Origin: Eledone cirrhosa
Lineage: Eukaryota
Direction of reading: 5' to 3'
DNA length: 64,000 nucleotides
Assembly (NCBI GenBank): GCA_964016885.1
Contig: OZ024742.1
Coordinates: 160,022,001-160,086,000 of the forward strand
The notes under the pieces were generated by a model, which ran no database searches, was not told the origin of the DNA, and worked only from the letters and a program-made list of their open reading frames with translations. Shown here in pieces: positions 27,096 through 38,673 of the stretch; position 1 is the stretch's first letter; each line of letters begins with the position of its first letter. The translations under genes and the position numbers were made by a program.

Positions 27096-30000
27096 TTAGG
27101 TAAGGCGGGTCTTCTCTATTACTGAGTACCGCCAAAGGTCTCGGTCCAGTGACATTGTCTTGGAGAGGTGTAAGCGTGTGAGGTCGGAATTTATCAGCTC
27201 GTCCCATGTTTTTCTGGGTCTGCCTACTCCGTGGCTACCGTCTATCTTTATTGCCCTGCACTTTGTTATACAGCTGTCGTCTTTCATGCGCATCACGTGA
27301 CCGTACCAACGTAGCCTTCTCTCGAGTAAACAACATCTGATCCCTCTTATTTCTAATTTTTTCCTTAGTTCGTTTATGCTTTGCCGTTCACGTATATTAC
27401 TATTGCACATCCAGCGGAGCATGCAAGCTTCGTTCCTCTCTAGTCTGCGTATATCCTCTGCACACAATGCCCAGGTCTCACTGCCATGCAGCATTGCTGT
27501 TCGTATGCAGGCATCGTATAACCTGCCTTTCATTTTTAGGGAGAACCCTCTAGCGGCTAATAGTGGTATAAGCTCTCTGAACTTTTTCCATCCAGTTCTG
27601 ACTCTAGCTACTGTACTTTCAGAGCACCCTCCCCCACTGCTGATTTTGTCACCCAGATAACGGAAGCTGTCCACTATTTCTATAGAACCCTCTGCGCAGT
27701 TGAAGGAGCTAGTATTTTGTGGGCACTTGCTGCTACTTATTGCACCAGAGCACCGGCCACATGTAAAATCTATGTTCTTAGTTAGCTTACCTGTGATCCC
27801 ACTACATCTTTTATGCACCCATACTTTGCATTTGGGACATAAAATGGAGTTTAAACCTACGCCTTTCCTACACACTGAGCATGGCCATTTCCCCGATGGG
27901 ACCGCCGCCTTATTTTCTTTCCTACAAACTAGAACTTTAGTCTTAGCCAGGTTAATTTTAAGGCCTTTTGATTCTAGGCCGTGCTTCCACGTTTGGAATT
28001 TCTTCTCTAGTTCGGTCATTGATTCAGCTATGAGCGTTAGATCATCTGCGTATAGGAGTTCCCATGGGCAGCCGGTCTTGAACTCCTCTGTTATAGCCTG
28101 AAGGGCAATAATAAATAGTAGGGGGCTAAGAACAGAGCCCTGATGGACACCAACTTTTACGCTAAACTCTTCACTATATTCGTTGTTAATTCTAACCTTA
28201 CTGACTGTTTCTTTATACATGGCTTGTATAGCTCTCACAAGCCATTCGTCAACACCTAGTTTTCTAAGAGACCACCAGATAATGGAACGGGGGACTCTGT
28301 CGAAGGCTTTCTCCAAGTCGACGAAAGCTAAGTATAGGGGTTTACTTTTAGCTAGGTACTTCTCCTGTAGTTGTCGTACAATGAAAAGAGCGTCTGTGGT
28401 ACTTTTGCCTGACACAAACCCGAACTGCATTTCATCTAGATCAATTCTCTCTCTGATTAGTTGCGCTATTACTTTTTCCGTGACCTTCATGACCTGGTCG
28501 ATTAATTTAATGCCTCTATAGTTACTCCTATCTAGGGCATCTCCTTTTCCCTTATAGCAGTTAACGATGATGCTGCTACGCCATTCCTTCGGAACAACCC
28601 CATTCTGTACGACTTGGTTAACTATCCGGGTGACCATGGTGTGTCCCACCGAACCAGATGCCTTCATCATCTCAGCAACTATTTCCGAAGGCCCAGCCGC
28701 CTTACCCGTCTTCATATCTTTGATTGCCTTACTTATTATACTACCTTCAACTAACACTGCTGGTCCCTCTATTGGATCGATCTGGGGGAGACTGTCTTTC
28801 TCCCATTTGTTCTCCTCATTTAGAAGCCTTTCGTAGTGACACTTCCAAGCTACCTTCTTATCAGCATCGGTGATGGCAAGTATGCCATCATCGTTAAGTA
28901 CACACTTCTCCCCGACACTATCACGGTTTTCCTTGACACATTGCCTGGCAATCCTGAACACCTCACGTTTTTGGTCCTCACGTTGTAGAACATGCTTGAA
29001 CTTTCTTTCCTCTGCTTCCCTTCTTGCGAAGTACACTTGTCTCCTAGCTTCCCTCCTGGCCACTTGATAGGCTTCTCTACTTCCCCCATCCCGCCATACT
29101 TTCCAAGCCTGCTTTTTGGCCTTAATTGACTCCTCCACCTTACTGTTCCACCACCATGTTACTCTCCTCCTACCTACAGGCCTGCTCCAGCCACAGACTT
29201 CGTCTGCAGCCGTCAGCAGGTTTGCTCTCAGGAATTCCCACTGTTCCTCTATATTATACGACTCTAATTGCTCTTCCTTACTGTCGAAAGCGTCAAGTAA
29301 TATGCTTTGAAATTTATTCCTGGCTGTGGGGTCCTTTAGCTTCCATATTTTTCTCCTGAGGATAGTCCTCTTCCGCTGTCTAGTACGTCTCGTCCTGACT
29401 ATGAGGTCGCTAATTGTCAGTCTATGTTGGGAGGTGAATTCTTCATGGGGGTGGGATTTAGTGTTTACAACAGACACTCTGTCACGTCTTCTGGTAAGGA
29501 TATAATCTACCTGGCTTGTGTGTTCCCCCGATCTATAGGTGATCAAGTGATTGTCTCGTTTTTTGAAGTTAGTGTTACAGATAGTTAAGTTATTTGCGTC
29601 GCAGAATTCCAGGATTCTGGAGCCTTCCTCATTTCTAGTACCGAACCCATAGCCTCCATGGATTCCGTCATAGCCGTCACAATGCTGTCCAACGTGACCA
29701 TTTAGGTCGCCTGCAATAATTATATAGTCACTGTCGGTTATTTGGGAGGTAGCGAGCATCAGTGTCTCGTAGAATCTGTCTTTTATAGCGCGGGGCAGTC
29801 CGGATTGGGGTGCGTACGCAGATATTACTGTCACCGTAGTTTTATTGAGGACAAGTCTTATTTTAATTATTCTGTCGTTCACTCTATTTACGTCTATTAT
29901 CTTATCTGCCCACTTTTCTGCTACCATGATTCCTACCCCACCCAACCCATTGTCATTTCCCACCCAGAAAAGCTTATAGCATCGTTCTTTACCCACGATG

Positions 30001-30116
30001 AATCTAGCCGACCCTCCCCTCCACCTGGTCTCTTGAATACAACAAACATCGACCTCCTTACGTTCAAGCATTTCTACAACCTCGTTAGAGCGACCCTTTA
30101 AGGTGCCTACATTCAT
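27096..30116 (-). CDS. RTE APE endonuclease + reverse transcriptase with an inserted PHD-like zinc finger (1006 aa)
   Basis: CIQETRW, AGDLNGH, FVDLEKAFD, GVHQGSVLSP and LYADD, followed by CSVC...CPKCKVWVHKRC...CGRC. Confidence 0.97.
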   Translation of the reverse strand: MNVGTLKGRSNEVVEMLERKEVDVCCIQETRWRGGSARFIVGKERCYKLFWVGNDNGLGGVGIMVAEKWADKIIDVNRVNDRIIKIRLVLNKTTVTVISAYAPQSGLPRAIKDRFYETLMLATSQITDSDYIIIAGDLNGHVGQHCDGYDGIHGGYGFGTRNEEGSRILEFCDANNLTICNTNFKKRDNHLITYRSGEHTSQVDYILTRRRDRVSVVNTKSHPHEEFTSQHRLTISDLIVRTRRTRQRKRTILRRKIWKLKDPTARNKFQSILLDAFDSKEEQLESYNIEEQWEFLRANLLTAADEVCGWSRPVGRRRVTWWWNSKVEESIKAKKQAWKVWRDGGSREAYQVARREARRQVYFARREAEERKFKHVLQREDQKREVFRIARQCVKENRDSVGEKCVLNDDGILAITDADKKVAWKCHYERLLNEENKWEKDSLPQIDPIEGPAVLVEGSIISKAIKDMKTGKAAGPSEIVAEMMKASGSVGHTMVTRIVNQVVQNGVVPKEWRSSIIVNCYKGKGDALDRSNYRGIKLIDQVMKVTEKVIAQLIRERIDLDEMQFGFVSGKSTTDALFIVRQLQEKYLAKSKPLYLAFVDLEKAFDRVPRSIIWWSLRKLGVDEWLVRAIQAMYKETVSKVRINNEYSEEFSVKVGVHQGSVLSPLLFIIALQAITEEFKTGCPWELLYADDLTLIAESMTELEKKFQTWKHGLESKGLKINLAKTKVLVCRKENKAAVPSGKWPCSVCRKGVGLNSILCPKCKVWVHKRCSGITGKLTKNIDFTCGRCSGAISSSKCPQNTSSFNCAEGSIEIVDSFRYLGDKISSGGGCSESTVARVRTGWKKFRELIPLLAARGFSLKMKGRLYDACIRTAMLHGSETWALCAEDIRRLERNEACMLRWMCNSNIRERQSINELRKKLEIRGIRCCLLERRLRWYGHVMRMKDDSCITKCRAIKIDGSHGVGRPRKTWDELINSDLTRLHLSKTMSLDRDLWRYSVIEKTRLT

Positions 30117-30471
30117 GGTACCAACTCTGAAGTTTTGGATTGCGTTTGGAGGGTGGGAGCGGTGGGGCGCGGGGGGGATGGGGTTATGTTAGCCATCCTG
30201 GGCCGAAACAAGGAGGAATGCTTGCATTCTCGTCCACGAGGTGAATTTGGCTTTATCTTTGGCATTGTCGCTGAGCGTCCACATTTTTCTCTCTTCAACT
30301 CTCCAGAATTCCGTAGTCCATCCATCATATCGAAAAGCAACCAGTTAAGCGATAGTATGGGCCTCTGACTTATGATTGGTCCACGTAATAATGGTGGTGC
30401 GTGGGGGCGGGACGGAGGGATGATGGGTTGTTAGCGAGAATGTAAGGTTTAAGATAAGATCGCCGTATTTT

Positions 30472-31113
30472 GGGCATAATTTAACAATAAACGAAAATAC
30501 AAGATTTGTTTTTAAGAAAATACGATAGAGAAAATGCGGTGATAGGGAAAATATGATTTTTAGAGAAAAAATATGATATAGAATGGTGAAAATATGATAT
30601 AGTGTGAAATTAGGACATAGAAGTGATTGAATGAATGGGTTCGAATGGAGAAAAGAATCGAGAAAAAATTGGGCATAATTTAACAATAAACGAAAATACA
30701 AGATTTGTTTTGTTTAAGAAAATACGATAGAGAAAATGCGGTGATAGGGAAAATATGATTTTTAGAGAAAAGATATGATATAGAATGGTGAAAATATGAT
30801 ATAGTGTGAAATTAGGACATAGAAGTGATTGAATGAATGGGTTCGAATGGAGAGAAGAATCGAGAAAAAATTGGGCATAATTTAACAATAAACGAAAATA
30901 CAAGATTTGTTTTGTTTAAGAAAATACGATAGAGAAAATGCGGTGATAGGGAAAATATGATTTTTAGAGAAAAGATATGATATAGAATGGTGAAAATATG
31001 ATATAGTGTGAAATTAGGACATAGAAGTGATTGAATGAATGGGTTCGAATGGAGAGAAGAATCGAGAAAAAATTGGGCATAATTTAACAATAAACGAAAA
31101 TACAAGATTTGTT
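30472..31113 (-). repeat. ~202-bp tandem repeat (about 3.2 units) at the RTE 5' end
   Basis: gggcataatttaacaataaacg at 30472, 30671, 30873 and 31075. Confidence 0.95.
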
Positions 31114-31497
31114 ATATCTATATATATATATAGGAACGAGTAGGACCCCGACGGCTGAGCTCAAGCCGTTTCGACGGCTAATTCTGGACTAAAGGAAAAT
31201 TTTTATCCTGGTAAATGAATAGCGGGGCTTCTTAGAGGGTAATTCCATATATGGTAAAAAGGATTGTCACAAGGATTGGTCAAAAGTTTGTTGTTGAGAC
31301 ACATAATTCTATCATGGCATTTTGTGGAAGGAAGGGGTAGCTGAACTTGCCAGTAGAAGAAAGAGGGAGGGGGAGTGGAGGAAACCCAGTCGTTTGGTGC
31401 ATTATGGTCCATCTGGTTCCTTACCACATTTCCTTCGTTATATATATATAGATATGTATATATATATAGATATGTATATAAATATGTATATATATAT

Positions 31498-32162
31498 ATC
31501 ATCATCATCATCATCATCGTTTAACGTCCATGTTCCACGCTTGCATGGGTTTGGACGGGAGTTTTCCCACTTGAGGCAAGAGTGGTTGTCTTGCTCGGAT
31601 AGGACTGTCTGGCGGGTTTTCTACAGCTGGATGCCCTTCCTAACACCAACCACATTTACAGTGTGGGACTGGGAGGTTTTTACCGTGTTGCCTACACGGC
31701 CACATTACAGCGTGGACTGTGTGTTTTTTTTTGTCCTGACACCTACACGATCTTATTTGTTTCGGCCTGGATGTTGTGGCACCAACATAACTTTACATTG
31801 AAAGGGGCGGTGTGGATGGGGTGGGGGTGGTGGGACGGGGGTGTATTTTGTTAGAGATGCCTACTGACTGTAGTAGGTTTTACTTTGTATTTAGGTAAGG
31901 CGGGTCTTCTCTATTACTGAGTACCGCCAAAGATCTCGGTCCAGTGACATTGTCTTGGAGAGGTGTGTGTGAGGTCGGAATTTATCAGGTCGTCCCAGGT
32001 TTTTCTGGGTCTGCCTACTCCGTGGCTACCGTCTATCTTTATTGCCCTGCACTTTTTTATACAGCTGTCGTCTTTCATGCGCATCACGTGACCATACCAA
32101 CGTAGCCTTCTCTCGAGTAAACAACATCTGATCCCTCTTATTTCTAATTTTTCCCTTAGTTC

Positions 32163-32167
<5 letters not shown>
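31498..32167 (-). mobile_element. RTE 3' fragment
   Basis: Matches 26600-27376. Confidence 0.95.
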
Positions 32168-32207
<40 letters not shown>

Positions 32208-32310
32208 TATGTATATATATATATATATATATAGATATGTATATATATATAGAGATATGTATATATATATATAGATATAGATATGTATATATATATATAT
32301 ATAGATATGT

Positions 32311-32963
32311 TAAACGAACTAAGGGGATCAGATGTTGTTTACTCGAGAGAAGACTACGTTGGTATGGTCACGTGATGCACATGAAAGACGACAGCTGTAT
32401 AAAAAAGTGCAGGCCAATAAAAATAGACGGTAGCCACGGAGTAGGCAGACCCAGAAAAACCTGGGACGACTTGATAAATTCCGACCTCACACACTTACAC
32501 CTCTCCAAGACAATGTCACTGGACCGAGATCTTTGAGGCTACACAGTAATAGAGAAGACCCGCCTTACCTAAGTGCAAAGTGAAACCTACTACAGTCAGT
32601 AGGCACCTCTAACAAAATACACCCCCGTCCCACTACCCCCACCCCATCCACACCACACCTTTCAATGTAAAGTTATGTTGGTACCACAACATCCAGCCCG
32701 AAACAAATGAAGTCGTGTAGGTGTCACGACAAAAAAACACGCAGTCCACGCTGTAATGTGGCCGTGTAGGTAACACGGTAAAAACCTCCCAGTTCCACAC
32801 TGTAAATGTGGTTGGTGTTAGGAAGGGTATCCAGCTGTAGAAAACCCGCCAGACAGTCCTATGCGAGCAAGACAACCACTCTTGCCTCAAGTGGGAAAAC
32901 TGCCGTCTAAACCCATGCGAGCGTGGAATATGGACGTTAAACGCAGATGATGATGATGATGAT
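32311..32963 (+). mobile_element. RTE 3' fragment, inverted relative to 31498-32167
   Basis: [17 protein letters not shown]..., then 3' UTR and (GAT)n tail. Confidence 0.95.
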
Positions 32964-33155
32964 AGATATGTATATATATATATATAGATATTAGAAATTG
33001 GAATTAATGCTCTGAAATAGCGATATATATGTGAATATAGACATAGAATATTCGAAAATATTCTGTATGTTTATAATAAACATTTTGAAGACCTAATCGC
33101 TATAGAATAGAATACGTCACGTATTACAATTAGATTCTCGATAAAAGCAAGGGAA

Positions 33156-33198
33156 GTAATCTACGCGTTTCATTCTTGTTAGAAATCTTCAGGACTAC
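33156..33198 (-). ncRNA. Minimal type I hammerhead ribozyme (array unit)
   Basis: Reverse complement of 33735-33777. Confidence 0.8.
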
Positions 33199-33734
33199 AT
33201 ATCCAGTGCTTTTATCGAGAATGACACAGCTAGAGACTTATAGAATACTTAGCTGTGTACAGGAACTGGTTTGAAAGAGCGGTTGCCGGTCCGGCAGAAA
33301 TTAGAAATTGGAATTAATGCTCTGAAATAGCGATATATATGTGAATATAGACATAGAATATTCGAAAATATTCTGTATGTTTATAATAAACATTTTGAAG
33401 ACCTAATCGCTATAGAATAGAATACGTCACGTATTACAATTAGATTCTCGATAAAAGCAAGGGAAGTAATCTACGCTTTTATCGAGAATCTAATTGTAAT
33501 ACGTGACGTATTCTATTCTATAGCGATTAGGTCTTCAAAATGTTTATTATAAACATACAGAATATTTTCGAATATTCTATGTCTATATTCACATATATAT
33601 CGCTATTTCAGAGCATTAATTCCAATTTCTAATTTCTGCCGGACCGGCAACCGCTCTTTCAAACCAGTTCCTGTACACAGCTAAGTATTCTATAAGTCTC
33701 TAGCTGTGTCATTCTCGATAAAAGCACTGGATAT

Positions 33735-33777
33735 GTAGTCCTGAAGATTTCTAACAAGAATGAAACGCGTAGATTAC
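33735..33777 (+). ncRNA. Minimal type I hammerhead ribozyme (array unit)
   Basis: GTAGTC-CTGAAGA-tTTCTaacaAGAAt-GAAA-CGCG-TA^-GATTAC. GUA site; predicted cut after 33771. Confidence 0.8.
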
Positions 33778-34044
33778 TTCCCTTGCTTTTATCGAGAATC
33801 TAATTGTAATACGTGACGTATTCTATTCTATAGCGATTAGGTCTTCAAAATGTTTATTATAAACATACAGAATATTTTCGAATATTCTATGTCTATATTC
33901 ACATATATATCGCTATTTCAGAGCATTAATTCCAATTTCTAATTTCTGCCGGACCGGCAACCGCTCTTTCAAACCAGTTCCTGTACACAGCTAAGTATTC
34001 TATAAGTCTCTAGCTGTGTCATTCTCGATAAAAGCACTGGATAT

Positions 34045-34087
34045 GTAGTCCTGAAGATTTCTAACAAGAATGAAACGCGTAGATTAC
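34045..34087 (+). ncRNA. Minimal type I hammerhead ribozyme (array unit)
   Basis: Identical to 33735-33777, 310 bp downstream. Confidence 0.8.
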
Positions 34088-34211
34088 TTCCCTTGCTTTT
34101 ATCGAGAATCTAATTGTAATACGTGACGTATTCTATTCTATAGCGATTAGGTCTTCAAAATGTTTATTATAAACATACAGAATATTTTCGAATATTCTAT
34201 GTCTATATTCA

Positions 34212-34234
34212 TATATAGATATGTATATATATAG

Positions 34235-34265
<31 letters not shown>

Positions 34266-34266
34266 G

Positions 34267-34314
<48 letters not shown>

Positions 34315-34364
34315 CTGTATATATATATGTATATATATATGTATATATATATATATATATATAT

Positions 34365-34453
<89 letters not shown>

Positions 34454-34563
34454 TATATATATATATATATGTTTATATATATATATATATGTTTATATAT
34501 ATATATATATATGTTTATATAAATATATATGTTTATATAAATATATATGTTTATATATATATG

Positions 34564-34621
<58 letters not shown>

Positions 34622-34745
34622 TATATATATATATATATTTGTTTATATATATATATATATGTTTATATATATATATATATGTTTATATATATATATATAT
34701 GTTTATATAAATATATATGTTTATATAAATATATATGTTTATATA

Positions 34746-34831
<86 letters not shown>

Positions 34832-35099
34832 TATATGTTTATATATATATGTATATATATATATATATATATGTTTATATATATATATATGTTTATATAT
34901 ATATGTTTATATAAATATATATGTTTATATATATATATATGTTTATATATATATGTTTATATAAATATATATGTTTATATATATATATATGTTTATATAA
35001 ATATATATGTTTATATATATATATATGTTTATATATATATATATGTTTATATATATATATATGTTTATATATATATATATGTTTATATAAATATATATG

Positions 35100-35135
<36 letters not shown>

Positions 35136-35141
35136 TGTGTG

Positions 35142-35190
<49 letters not shown>

Positions 35191-35222
35191 GTTTATATAT
35201 ATATATATGTTTATATAAATAT
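34212..35222. repeat. (TA)n-derived compound microsatellite
   Basis: TA tract interrupted by TG/GTT. Confidence 0.95.
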
Positions 35223-35711
35223 CGACTGTGGTAGTCGGTCGAAAGACTGAGGGGATGGGTGAGTGTTAGTTTTTACAGGTCATAATACTACCTCTCACCT
35301 AGCGTGGACAGTACGACTGACCATCAACTCAAAGGGAAAATAAACTTAATTCTAGGTATCATGGTTTTACATTGTAAGTTAAGAGTGAGAGTTGGAAATA
35401 AAAATTAAAGTCCTAAATCAAGTTTCAGAAATTATAAATTAAGCAATTAAAAAATTAACAATTAAAAATTAAAAGTTAGAAATTTTTTTCAAGTGAGAAT
35501 TCGGATTGAGGTGAGTAAAAAAAATATAGATTGAAGTGAGTAAATAATATGGAGAGAGATGTTTAAGTAAGAAGTTCTGAGAAGGGGACAAATACAAAGG
35601 GGGAAGTTTACATACAATAAAAACGTGTAAAATGTTATCACAAATGCAATTTAAAAAATTAGTCTATTTTCCCCAATAAGGGGACACAGTTCATATATGT
35701 ATATATATATG

Positions 35712-35749
<38 letters not shown>

Positions 35750-36294
35750 TATATTTTATTTACTTTATTCTTAACTCCGAAGCTGAGAATCATTCGGTTT
35801 CCGAGTCTACGACTTCTGTTATACCATTTATAACAATTGTTCTCCCCGCTCCACATATGACGTATTATCTTCATTTTTTCCGTTCATTGCCAGAGAACGT
35901 CTCTATGAACCACCTAATAGAATATTAGTCTACGACTTCTTTTATACCATAAACGTGGTTTTGTCTTTGCGTGTAATTGTTTTTCACCGCTCCAAATAAT
36001 GACATATTATATTCGTTTTTTCCCGTTCTTTGCCAGGGAACGTTTCCACGAACCAAAGTATCGTCTTCCTGTCTTCCTGCGGTTGCATTGTTTTTTGAAA
36101 TATTCACTTCTGCGTTCACGGATTGACTTTGTTAGTTTCAGAAGATCCCGTTAAGGGTGAAAGCAGCGATTCTTTGCTTAAACTTTAATCTGTTATTTTA
36201 ATAAATATTTGCTCTACGGTTCTTATATATTTGATATATATTTATCCTTATCGAACCCTCTTCGGATTTTAGTCTTCAAATTTATTATTATTAC

Positions 36295-36484
36295 TATATA
36301 TATCTATATCTATCTATCTATATATATCTCTATATATATCTATCTATATATCTATATATATCTATATATATATATCTATATCTATCTATATATATATCTC
36401 TCTACATATATATCTATATATATATATCTATATATATATATCTATATATATATACATCTATATATATATATATCTATATATATC

Positions 36485-36517
<33 letters not shown>

Positions 36518-36586
36518 ATATATATCTATATATATATCTATATATATATCTATATATATATATCTATATATATATCTATATATATA

Positions 36587-36661
<75 letters not shown>

Positions 36662-36894
36662 ATATATATCTCTATATATATATATATCTATATATATATC
36701 TATATATATATATCTATATATATATATCTATATATATATATCTATATATATATATCTATATATATATATCTATATATATATCTATATATATATATATCTA
36801 TATATATATATATATATATCTATATCTATATATCTCTCTCTATATATATATATATATCTATATATATATATCTCTCTCTCTCTCTATATATATA

Positions 36895-36927
<33 letters not shown>

Positions 36928-36948
36928 ATATATATATATATATATATA

Positions 36949-36987
<39 letters not shown>

Positions 36988-37032
36988 ATATATATATATA
37001 TATATATATATCTATATATATATATATATATA

Positions 37033-37065
<33 letters not shown>

Positions 37066-37492
37066 ATATATATATATATATCTATATATATATATATCTA
37101 TATATATATATATATCTATATATATATATATATCTATATATATATATATATCTCTATATATATATATATCTCTCTATATATATATATCTCTATATATATA
37201 TATATCTCTCTCTATATATATATCTATATATATATATATATCTCTATATATATATATATCTATATATATATATATATCTCTATATATATATATATATCTC
37301 TCTATATATATATATCTCTATATATATATATCTATATATATATATATATATCTATATATATATATATCTATATATATATATATAGATATATATATAGATA
37401 TATATATATCTCTATATATATATATATATCTATATATATATATCTATATCTATAGATATATATCTATCTATATATATATATATATATCTATA

Positions 37493-37537
<45 letters not shown>

Positions 37538-37780
37538 CTCTATATATATATATATCTCTCTCTATATATATATATATATCTATATATATATCTATATATA
37601 TATATATATATATATCTATATATATATCTATATATATATCTATATATATATCTATATATATATATATATATATATATCTATATATATATCTATATATATA
37701 TATATATATATATCTATATATATATCTATATATATATATATATATATATCTATATATATATCTATCTATATATATCTATG
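36295..37780. repeat. (TA)n/(TC)n compound microsatellite
   Basis: 1.5-kb TA tract interrupted by TC. Similar tracts lie at 15785-16135, 21985-22350 and 38000-38200. Confidence 0.95.
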
Positions 37781-37781
37781 T

Positions 37782-38000
37782 GAAGGCGCGTGGCTGAGTG
37801 GTAAGAGAATTGAGCTCTCAATCGTGAGGTTGTGAGTTCGATTCCTGGACCGGGCGATGTGTTATGTCCTTGGGCAAGACATTTTATTTCACGTTGCTCC
37901 TTCTACCTGGAGTTGCGACCGATAGATAGTATTAGCAATTGGAAAGACCAATGGAAACATTGTTTCCTCGGTCCGATTTGACGAAAGTCAATCGACTGTC
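37782..38000 (+). mobile_element. Second tRNA-derived SINE family
   Basis: A box TGGCTGAGTGG and B box GAGTTCGATTCC, followed by gtccttgggcaagaca. Confidence 0.75.
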
Positions 38001-38130
38001 ATATATCTATATATATATATATATCTATATATCTATCTATCTATATATATATATATATATATATAGATATATATATATATATATCTATATATATATCTAT
38101 CTATCTATATATATATATATATATATATAT

Positions 38131-38166
<36 letters not shown>

Positions 38167-38167
38167 A

Positions 38168-38201
<34 letters not shown>

Positions 38202-38427
38202 GGAGGTGAGTTTTATTGTAGCACAATAAAGCAATGCAAATATCAGATAAGTACCACTCTACAGTTTGTAGGACTGGAGTATAAATAATATAAGATCAAA
38301 AGATGGTTAAAAGAGTTCCAAGTATTTTATTATGCGCATTTCAAAAACAAATATCATCATGGGATGATATGATGATTTAAAATTTCACTATTCACAAGTG
38401 TTTTTTAAGCTTCATATCATGTATTCC

Positions 38428-38498
38428 TATTTTATCTGATGAAAACGCAGATATCATCCCATGATGATATTTGTTTTTGAAATGCGCATAATAAAATA
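38428..38498 (+). ncRNA. Type I hammerhead ribozyme with a long stem II
   Basis: TATTTTAT-CTGATGA-AAACGCAGATATCATC(ccat)GATGATATTTGTTTTT-GAAA-TGCGCA-TA^-ATAAAATA. Confidence 0.85.
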
Positions 38499-38673
38499 CT
38501 TTTAACCATCTTTTGATCTTATATTATATCTATATATATATATATATCTATATGTATATATATATCTATCTATCTATATATATATATATCTATATATATA
38601 TCTATATCTATATATATCTAAATCTATATATATCTATATATATCTATATCTATATGAAACTTACTTAAGTTTC

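Larger units (their letters stand above)
26580..31113 (-). mobile_element. RTE-clade LINE, near-intact copy 2 with tandem 5' repeats
   Basis: Long ORF 27096-30116, (GAT)n tail at 26581-26611, a 112-bp duplication in the 3' UTR, and 202-bp repeats at the 5' end. Confidence 0.97.
32991..34211. mobile_element. Retrozyme-like array: 310-bp non-coding units, each with a hammerhead, in tandem and inverted arrangement
   Basis: About 1.6 units at 32991-33475, inverted to about 2.4 units at 33476-34211. Period 310 (33735 vs 34045). No ORF. Confidence 0.85.

Noticed and set aside
30345-31105. Three similar 97-118-aa ORFs
   Set aside because: By-product of the 202-bp tandem repeat, whose period is not a multiple of three.
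35760-36200. Short minus-strand ORFs in a diverged two-unit duplication
   Set aside because: No recognisable domain. Probably an unidentified repeat fragment.
34221-37783. Long Ile/Tyr-rich ORFs (also 15574-16137, 8947-9324, 37939-38202)
   Set aside because: Translation artefacts of (TA)n microsatellites.
37782-37855. tRNA gene
   Set aside because: A and B boxes are present, but the acceptor stem is absent and a SINE body follows.
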